A stretch of DNA of 44,119 nucleotides from Octopus sinensis (taxonomy: Eukaryota), in contig NW_021834970.1 in assembly GCF_006345805.1 (NCBI RefSeq), positions 1 to 44,119 of the forward strand. The letters are read 5' to 3'. Under the pieces are notes generated by a model. That model was not told the origin of the DNA and made no database searches. It worked only from the letters and a program-made list of their open reading frames with translations. Both the position numbers and the translations under genes were made by a program. Shown one piece after another: positions 24,581 through 33,492 of this stretch. Positions within the stretch are counted from its first letter, which is position 1, and every line of letters begins with the position of its first letter.

Positions 24581-26639
24581 ACACCCCTACCAAGGGAAAG
24601 AATAAAGCCTTTGACCGCTATTGTGACTACATAACTAATTTCCCTTTTCAATTCACCAAGAAACAAAAACACAGCCAAAACTTTAACAAAAGAGAATGGA
24701 ACGACCTCATCAAACTAAGAGAAGATAAAACAATAACAATTAAGGAGGCAGATAAGGGCAACGCGGTAGTATTAATGAATACAAACGATTATAAAAATTT
24801 GGTGCTATCCCTATTAAGAGATGAAACGTATTACGAAAGGGCCGAACAGTATAATCAGCCAAAAATATTGTATAACCTCAGGACATTAATCAACACATAC
24901 CGCGAAGGACTCACGGACAAGGAGTACGAATACATCACTAACTTTAAGTGCAAATCAAGTTTGTTCCACGGTATCCCTAAAGTCCACAAAAGCCAAATAA
25001 TTAGTGAAACATGCAAAACATCTACCGATATACTCATCAAAATCCCTTCACCAAATGATCTTAAACTTAGACCGATAATAGCAGGCCCAGCATGTGAAAC
25101 TCACCGCCTCAGCAATTTCTGAGACACATTTCTTAAACCTTTCCTAAAGCACATCAAAAGCTACGTAAGAGACGATATAGACATGCTTAACCAACTCCCA
25201 AAAACAGTTAATGAGAAAACACTTCTAGTATCCTTCGACGTAATTAACCTTTATTCAAACATCCCTCACACCCTAGGAATAGAAGCCATCACTTTCTGGC
25301 TAAATAACTACTTCTTTGAACTCCCAACTCGCATAAATAATGAACTTATAATAGAAGGACTTAGATTTATTTTAGAAAACAATTACTTTATTTTTGACAA
25401 TAATTTCTACAGACAAAGATCGGGAACAGCAATGGGCACGCGTACTGCGCCTTCTTTTGCCAACCTAGGATACGTGATGATACTCGAGAAAATACTGTCG
25501 AGAAACACTCGGAAAATGAAACCTTCTCCACCTATATCCAGAACAACTGAAAAAGATACCTCGATGACTGCTTTATCCTCTGGGATAAAAGTATAGAGAA
25601 ACTTGAGGAATTCAAAATACTATTAAATGGAATAAATGATAATATTCAGTTCACGATGGATAATAACGAAGAAGAACTGCCATTTTTAGACATCCTCATT
25701 AAGAAAACCGGCAACAAAATAGAGACAGATATCTATTATAAACCGACAGACTCCAAGCAGTACCTACGCTTTGATTCATGCCACCCAAGACACACTAGAA
25801 TAAGTGTCCCTTTTTGTTTAGCTAGAAGGATTTGCACCATGATATAAGACTCAAACACCCGACACACAAGTCTCCAGGAACTTAGAACTACACTCATAAA
25901 TAGAAATTATCCACAGCCCCTAATAGACAGTGCAATCCAACGAGCACTTAAATTAAGTATAGAAGACCTGAGACAAACAAAACCAAAAAAGAAAGAAAAA
26001 TAAAAACCCTTCCCTACATCTCTACACACAACCCACTTAACAATGAGGCCTTCAGCACCATACTACAAAGCACAGCTCTACTAAAGGGAGACCCAAAGAT
26101 GAACCGGATCCTCGAAACACACACCATCATTAAAAGTAAACGGCAATTAAAATCCTTGAAAAGGATTTTAACCCAAGCTAAACTGCACTCAACATCAACC
26201 ATAACACCAGCAGTTAGAAAATGTGGAAAGCCCAACTGCGGAATCTGTGTCATCTTGGTAGAAGGTTCAGAATTCATATTAGAACAAGGCCATCAGTTTA
26301 CCATCAGAACAAACTTCACCTGTGCATCATAAAACTTGATTTACGTCTTAACATGCGCAGGTTGCAATAGGCCATACAAAAAATAGCTTACGTAAAAGGA
26401 TGGCGGTGCATAAATCCCAAATTAGAAACCCTGAACACCGGAAAATACCAGTCAGCGGATACATAGATAGATGTGTTTTAAATAAAAATCCGAAATTTAC
26501 AACTTACCCACTTTACAAATTCAGTGACAGCGTAACCTTCACCCAACGCCAAAATAAAGAACTTTATTTCATCAAAAAATTTAGACCAACTTTGAACACC
26601 CTGGGCTAGGAATATTAAAACAAAACATTGGTCTTCCGA

Positions 26640-27105
26640 AAAGAAAAATGGACTTCTACCACAACCACCACGATCACTACGACTGCTTCCACTATCATTA
26701 CTACTACAACCACCGTGGTCACTACTATTGCTGCTACGATCAACAGTCCTCCACTACTGCTGCGGCTACGGCCACAGCTTAACTGCTACAACCCCAACCA
26801 CCACCACGGTTGCCAAAACTACGCTACTACTGCCATTTAAGCCACTGGACATACTACTGCTGCTGCTAGGACTGCCACAACTTAACCGCTACAACCAATA
26901 AGCTGCTGCAACCCCAACCACCACAACGGTTACTACTACTACGACCAACAATCACTACTGCTGCTACCATTCCATTGGAACACAAGGAAACAAAAAAACA
27001 AGCACGCGGTTCCTTTTGATACCAGCAAGAAACAATAATGAACTTCTTCACTACACTCAACAGTAATATAGCTATTATACCTACTACCGACAAAACACCA
27101 CCACA
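26640..27105. repeat. Degenerate (ACT)/(ACC)/(GCT) trinucleotide tract in the family-B 3' region
   Basis: Directly visible. Confidence 0.8.
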
Positions 27106-27169
27106 TGGATTCTATTAAGACCAGTAAGAAAGAATTATGAACTTTTCTATTATAATTTTCTTTCTATAA

Positions 27170-27216
27170 TATTTTTGATAAGGTTCGTTTTTTCAAGAAC
27201 CGAAACATGTAAATTT
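27170..27216 (+). ncRNA. Hammerhead core with U3-A8 in the family-B terminal repeat; stem I eroded
   Basis: TTGATAA (27175-27181)-GGTTC gttttttcaa GAACC-GAAA-CATG-TA. 5-bp stem II and palindromic ACATGT stem III. Only two contiguous stem I pairs remain. Confidence 0.6.
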
Positions 27217-27306
27217 CATAAGAAAATTAAAATTTATCTAGTATAGTGGCGTTTTCAAACTTCTTTTTTACAAATATATACCCACTCGTATGCGATCTAC
27301 TCTTAT

Positions 27307-27340
<34 letters not shown>

Positions 27341-27983
27341 AAACAAAAAAGATCAACCAATTAAAATATTCCCACAAACAACATCCACGTTCAACAACAA
27401 TGAAAGGCTAGAGCTGGAAAAACTTCATCTGCAGAACGACATGAAAACCTCCATTGAAAACCAAAGAGCTGCGGGGGAACAGTGGGTAATCAAAAACATC
27501 AAACAGAACCCAAAAGTGTTCTATTCCTATGCAAATAAGCATAGAACCACTGTCTCACCCATTGGGCCATTAATTGATGCTAACGGCATTCCCCAACACG
27601 ATGCTAAAGAAATGGCAGAAATACTGCAGAAACAATACTGCTCTGTCTTTAGTGTTCCCACTGATATTGACGTAAGAGAAGCGAACGAAGTTGACTCCCA
27701 ACATAAAATCTCAGACATAACCTTCACTCCCACTGACATCGTAGCAGCAATAAATGCGGTCAAATACTACTCTGCTGTAGGCCCTGATAGATTCCCCCTA
27801 CTCTCCTGAAGGAATGAGACACCAACTTGCAGTCCCTCTGACCAACCTCTGGAGAAATTCGTTAGATGCAGGTTATATACCAAAACAGTTTCTATCCCAG
27901 TCAGTCATCCGGTTTTCAAACAGGGAAACAGATCCCTCACACTCAACTATCCCCCAATCTCACTCACCTCCCACATCATCAAA

Positions 27984-29291
27984 GTGTTTGAAAGAGTGTT
28001 AAGATCAAGGATGGCTGACTTCCTGGAGACCCAGAAACTCCTAAATGCAGATCAGCATGGCTTTCGCTGTGGCAGGGACTGTCTAACACAGCTCTTACAC
28101 CACATTGAAGATGTACTCAAAGCCTTGGGAACAGGTTCGAACTCTGATGTCATATATCTTGACTTCAGTAAAGCGTTCGACAGGGTAGACCATAATATCC
28201 TACTCTCAAAATTGGCAGATGTTGGAATCCGTGGAAAAGTTCTACACTGGATCAAGTATTTCCTGGCGAATAGAACACAACATGATGGAGTCCACTCAAG
28301 CCCAGCAAAAGTCACCAGCGGTGTCCCCCAGGGGACTGTCTTGGGTCCGCTACTCTTCATAATCTACATAAACGACCTTTCCAGTGTCGTACATTACTGC
28401 AAAGTGAAAATATTTGCTGATGACACCAAGCTCCAGCAAATCGTCAATGAGGAAGCAGACCGAACTCAACTCCAGTCTGATCTATATGCTGTGAGTCAAT
28501 GGGCAGACAGAAACAAATTGCAACTGAACGAGGGAAAATTTGAGCTGATGCATTTTGGAAGAAACTCCTCACTAAAACAGCCATACTCTCTTCCTTCAGG
28601 GGAACCGCTCACAGCCTCTAACAATATCAGAGACCTGGGTGTAATTGTTGATGACGATCTCAGTTGGAGTGCACACATCAACAAGAAGGTCGATATAGCT
28701 CGTAGGATGAGTTCCTGGATCTTAAGAACTTTCCGGTCCAGAGAACAAGGTGTCATCATACCACTTTTTTCCTCCTTTGTACGGCCACACCTTGAATACT
28801 GCTGCCCACTGTGGTCTCCTCACACAAGACAAAACATCTCCAGAATTGAGTCACCCCAGAGGGCACTCACTAAACGCATTGAAGGCATGGCAGCTCTCGA
28901 TTATTGGGATCGCCTTAAAGCCTTGAAACTTTACTCCCTCCAGCGTCGCCGTGAGCGGTACATCATTTGTACGATGTGGAAAATATACCGCCAACTTTGC
29001 CCAAACGACCTAAACTTTAGCTTCAAGGTTCATCCAAGACTTGGACCACGGGCTATACGTCCCCTGCCCAATTCAAGATCACAACATACATGTACACTGC
29101 AACATAATTTCTTTTCCTCAACAGGCCCTGCCCTATTTAACATTGTCCCGAGAGAGATCAAAGAGGAAAAGGATCCCATCAACTTTAAACAGAGTCTGCA
29201 TAGATTCCTTCAAAGAATACCAGATAAGCCACCCATAATTGGATATAACTCACCCAACAAGAACTCACTACTTGAACAAAACTTGACTTAA
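27984..29291 (+). CDS. LINE ORF2 reverse transcriptase and C-terminal region (open 435 codons; upstream part frameshifted and truncated)
   Basis: QHGFR.GR.C, YLDFSKAFDRVDH, SGVPQGTVLGPLLFIIYINDL, FADDTKL, RDLGV, RPHLEYC..WSP and SLQRRRERY. Confidence 0.88.
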   Translation: MFERVLRSRMADFLETQKLLNADQHGFRCGRDCLTQLLHHIEDVLKALGTGSNSDVIYLDFSKAFDRVDHNILLSKLADVGIRGKVLHWIKYFLANRTQHDGVHSSPAKVTSGVPQGTVLGPLLFIIYINDLSSVVHYCKVKIFADDTKLQQIVNEEADRTQLQSDLYAVSQWADRNKLQLNEGKFELMHFGRNSSLKQPYSLPSGEPLTASNNIRDLGVIVDDDLSWSAHINKKVDIARRMSSWILRTFRSREQGVIIPLFSSFVRPHLEYCCPLWSPHTRQNISRIESPQRALTKRIEGMAALDYWDRLKALKLYSLQRRRERYIICTMWKIYRQLCPNDLNFSFKVHPRLGPRAIRPLPNSRSQHTCTLQHNFFSSTGPALFNIVPREIKEEKDPINFKQSLHRFLQRIPDKPPIIGYNSPNKNSLLEQNLT

Positions 29292-29326
29292 ACAAAACTT
29301 GACTTAAACAAAACTTGACTTAAACA
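29275..29326 (+). repeat. 16-bp tandem repeat, about 3.25 copies, overlapping the LINE stop codon
   Basis: AACAAAACTTGACTTA repeated at 29275, 29291 and 29307, plus AACA. Confidence 0.95.
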
Positions 29327-30089
29327 GGATTCGAATAATCCTATCAGGTGGTGCTATTAAGTTAGACATGGCCTGGACCAATCTTTGGTCGAAACATATT
29401 TAAGTTTATCTAAGTTGATATATATATATATATATTAAAACATACATACGCCAAAAATTCGCTATATCCCTAACTACAGTCAATAACCAAATTGTGATAG
29501 AAAACAACACCCGATGTCTCCAAAATCCACTGACTCACACGCGCACACACACACAGTCACACACACAGATACAAGTGAATGTTTCAAGATACATTTATTA
29601 TTATTTTGACATAGGCGATAGCATGTCTATGTCAGTATCTCACGATGCAACCACGAAACTCTGATTCCCAATTCTTTGCGTTTACTACTACTACTACTGA
29701 TGATAATGATGATAATGATGATGATACAAATAGGAATAATTATTTAACATCCCATATGTAATGGAAAAATGACATACATGTACGTCACATTGTGATAGAC
29801 ATATATGTGTGTTGTATGTATGTGTATATATATATATATGTGTGTGTGTGTATGTATGTGTATGACTGTGTTTGTGTATGCGTGTGTGCGTGATGCTGTG
29901 AAACGTGTACATCAGCAAATGTATCTGAAGCTATTTGTTACAAAATCATGTAACGGCCTGATTCCCACGCGCAACCAATGAGGGTTTATTAAAGGATAAT
30001 TGCGAATAATTCGGATCGATATGGAATTGTGTGTTTCTCCATGTTTGGCCTGAGAAATCATCTGAGAATTCATTGAACGATGGATTAAA

Positions 30090-30446
30090 ATGGTTCCGGG
30101 TTCAGTCTCACTGCGTGGCACCTTGGGCAAGTGACTTCTACTATAGCCTCGGGCCGACCAAAAGCCTTGTAAGTGGATTTGGTAGACGGAAACTGAAAGA
30201 AGCCCGTCGTATATATGTATATATATGCGTGTGTGTGTTTGTGTGTCTGTGTTTGTCCCCTTACCATTGCTTGACAACCGATTCTGGTGTGTTTATTTCA
30301 CCGTTAGCTAGCGGTTCGGCAAAAGAGACCGATAAAATAAGTACTGGGCTTACAAAAGAATAAGTCCCGGGTCGAGATGCTCCATTAAAGGCGGTGCTCT
30401 AACATGGCCGCAGTCAAATGACTGAAACAAGAAAAATAGAGTAAAG
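30090..30446 (+). mobile_element. 5'-truncated copy of the 18008-type SINE
   Basis: Colinear with 18047-18413 along its length. Confidence 0.88.
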
Positions 30447-30501
30447 ACTATACATACATGTATACATATATAATATATATATAATATATATAATATATAT
30501 A

Positions 30502-30534
<33 letters not shown>

Positions 30535-30684
30535 TATATATACGCACACAGACATATGTAAATGCATACGAATACAGCTGTACACGCGCACATGCTTATA
30601 TTTATACATATATGTTTATACATATGTATGTGTATATTGTACATGCATATATATATATGTATACATGTATATATATATTTATAT

Positions 30685-30727
<43 letters not shown>

Positions 30728-30732
30728 TATAG

Positions 30733-31801
30733 TAGGAGCTTCTACACGACTAGAACTGTTTCATTCAAATGAAATCATGAGGAAGCTTGCTGTCAAAATA
30801 AGTTCTGCCATTTATACATTTAGGCAGATTTAATGGGTGGTGGCGGGGGGACGTTTTTTGGGTAAGCAGGGCATAAACTGTCGTTCTTAGGGGAGTGGTC
30901 AAAAGAATCAGTGATAAAGTAAATAAATGAATAAATAGAATAATTGAATAGAGTTTTAGGTAAATTAGAAGACTATCGCTTTTAGGCAGTTTGTTGTTGT
31001 TGTTATTAAGTGGAGGGAAGAAGTAGATAAGTATACATAAAAGAACATATAAAATAAATATACTTACAAACCCACATACATACACATACGAATATCCATA
31101 CACATACATATACATATGCCCATGTATATACATACAGACACACACATACATACATAAAAATACACTAGCACACACACATATATATATATATACACATACA
31201 CATACATACACATACATACATATACATATATATACATACACATATATATACAAATACACATACATGCAAACACACGCACACATATATCTACACATATATA
31301 TATATAAATATACACACCCATACACACACACATATATATATATATTTTTCTTCTTTCCTCATCTTCCTCCCTTATTTTATTTTTATTTTTATTTTCCCTT
31401 GACCGTCTTCAGAATCATAAAAGCTATAATATATGACCTACCTACCCGCCGACACACATTTAGTGGCGCTAGAGTAGACAAACGCCAAAAGTCCTAGAAC
31501 TCCCCAGGGTTCCAGCAGGCCTAAATGAAATCCATCTACCGCTCCCCTCTCCATTCCTTTCTATCTCTTTACCCACGGATACAAACGCAAACACTCACAC
31601 ACAGACACACTCACATGCACACTCATACACATACACAAACACACATGTTCTCTCACTCATCCACTTATACATATGTATATATCTCTCTCTACAAGCACAT
31701 ATATATCTGCCTAAATGTATAAATGGCAGAACTTATTTTGACAGCAAGCTTCCTGATGATTTCATTTGAATGAAAAAGTTCTAGTCCTGTAGAAGCTCCT
31801 A
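30733..31801. repeat. 97-bp inverted repeat pair (30733-30829 and 31705-31801) enclosing ~875 bp; probable inverted PLE terminal repeats
   Basis: The arms match at 94/97 positions by manual comparison and carry a hammerhead-like core. The interior has a PAGLNE remnant (~31510-31530) resembling the end of a GIY-YIG domain. Confidence 0.8.
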
Positions 31802-31844
31802 TAAAATAAATTAATTTACTCTGCTATGTATTGAGTACCTTACC

Positions 31845-31884
<40 letters not shown>

Positions 31885-31890
<6 letters not shown>

Positions 31891-33210
31891 TAAGAAAGTT
31901 TGTTTGTAAAGCACGTGGGTGAATATATAAGAAAATAGTAAAGTGTGAAAAAACGACAGAAGGCTTAAATGTTAAAAAATATATATATTTGTGTCAAAAT
32001 GTCTGGAGAATATTGGAAAAATTTTTTCCTTTCCTTAAAATGACATAATTTTAAAATTTTTAAAGAAATTACCGGTTTCGCGTGTAGCTTTTCAAATTTC
32101 TTGTGACGTTATGTTTATATTGCATGGAATTATCGTTGTTTTATTTCCAGGAGATTTCTAAATAAGGGGAGGTAGTGAGTGATTTTTTCCGGTGTAGGGG
32201 AGATAATCGCTTAAAAAATTTTTTTTCCATTTCCTTGTTTAATTTCTCTGTGTCAGTATGTTCGGATGGTTGAGTCTGGGTTTGTACTTTTCAATGAAGA
32301 ATGTTTCCTTGTTCAGTCTCATTTGTGTTGATGATCCGAAAGCACATTGGTAAAATGGGAAGATTAAAAATTGTGGCAGTAGTTGCTTTGCGCATTCTCA
32401 ATGTGCTCACTAAAAGGTATCATTCTATATTCTGGGAATGCAATCTGTTGTCGATGCAGTGCATCTGCGCCTGAGTGATAGTCCCGTGGAACCCACGTAG
32501 TCTTGGTGGCAGCCCGAGCATTTAATAACATAAATTATGTTTTCAGAGGCACAAGTAAAGTTAGATTTGATCTTAAATTTCTGTCCCTCTTTAAGAAGAA
32601 TTCTGATCCTTCCAATAGGTTAGGACATGTTGCACAGTTCGATCTACCACATTTTTTTACTTTTGCATCCGTATTTTAGAAGACAATTTTGCCTTTGTGA
32701 GAATCTTTTTAAGTGATTTAGGCTGTTTGTAGCTTTTAATGATTTGGTGTATGTTTAGAATTTCCTTTAATTTTGGGTTTTTATGAAGTATTGGTAAATT
32801 CTGGGTGATGATGGTGAAGGCTTCTTTGTTTCTGGGGTTGTATGTAGATATGTAAGGTAGTATTTTCGGGGAAGGTGTGTTGTTGTGTTGAACTTTTCTT
32901 AAAGTTTCTATGTTGATTTCTGTTGCACGTCTGATCCCATCCTCTATGAGTTGAGCTGGGTAATGTCTGTCAATTAGGGTGTTTTTGAGTTCTTGCAGTC
33001 TAAAGTTCCTGGTATTTTGTTCTGACACTATTGTGCATATCCTTCTTGCAAGGTTGAAGGGGATGTTTGTTTTAGTGTGTCTTGGGTGGCATGAATTAAA
33101 AAGAAGGTATTGTTTGGCGTCTGTGGCTTTGTAAAAAATGTCTGTTTCTATTTTAAGGTTATTTTTTTAATTGATATCCAAGAACGGGAGCTCCTTTTGG
33201 TTGTATTCCA
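31885..33210 (-). mobile_element. Inverted 5'-truncated copy of PLE family A (thumb, GIY-YIG, terminal repeat)
   Basis: Reverse complement of ~36129-37465. The left end runs into (TA)n at 31849-31888. Confidence 0.95.
32063..32102 (-). ncRNA. Minimal type I hammerhead motif (U3-A8 variant), family A
   Basis: Exact reverse complement of 33250-33289. Confidence 0.75.
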
Positions 33211-33249
33211 AAAGGAATATAAACAAAAGCATATAAAACATAACGTCAC

Positions 33250-33289
33250 AAGAAATTTGAAAAGCTACACGCGAAACCGGTAATTTCTT
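33250..33289 (+). ncRNA. Minimal type I hammerhead motif (U3-A8 variant), family A
   Basis: AAGAAAT-TTGAAAA-GCtacacGC-GAAA-CCGG-TA-ATTTCTT: 7-bp stem I, 2-bp stem II, palindromic ACCGGT stem III, GUA triplet. Predicted cleavage after 33282. Confidence 0.78.
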
Positions 33290-33492
33290 TAAAAATTTTA
33301 AAATTATGTCATTTTAAGGAAAGGAAAAAAATTTTTCCAATATTCTCCAGACATTTTGACACAAATATATATATTTTTTAACATTTAAGCCTTCTGTCGT
33401 TTTTTTCACACTTTACTATTTTCTTATATATTCACCCACGTGCTTTACCAAACAAACTTTCTTATCTATATATTAAACACGTGAGAACGAAA

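Larger units (their letters stand above)
24581..27305 (+). mobile_element. 5'-truncated degenerate Penelope-like element, family B (related to A)
   Basis: TIKEADKGNAVV, LKLRPIIAGPACETHRLS, VSFDVINLYSNIP, GTAMGT, KRYLDDCF, FLDILI, DIYYKPTD, KCGKPNCGIC, NLIYVLTCAGC and KFRPTLN are present with premature stops and frameshifts. The 3' region has simple repeats and a hammerhead core. Both ends abut (TA)n. Confidence 0.92.
27350..29418 (+). mobile_element. 5'-truncated CR1/L2-group non-LTR retrotransposon (LINE)
   Basis: Remnant NPKVFYSYAN..IGPL precedes an RT domain. The 3' UTR has a stem-loop and a short TAAGTTT-like tail ending at (TA)n. Clade assignment is from motifs only. Confidence 0.9.

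Noticed and set aside
25100-25860. In-frame TGA codons in family B as possible selenocysteine
   Set aside because: They align to Trp or other non-Cys residues of family A and co-occur with TAA stops and frameshifts, which indicates ordinary decay.
29371-29400. Stem-loop followed by GAAAC at the LINE 3' end as a hammerhead
   Set aside because: No CUGANGA or UUGANAA box precedes the stem. It is better explained as the LINE 3' recognition hairpin.
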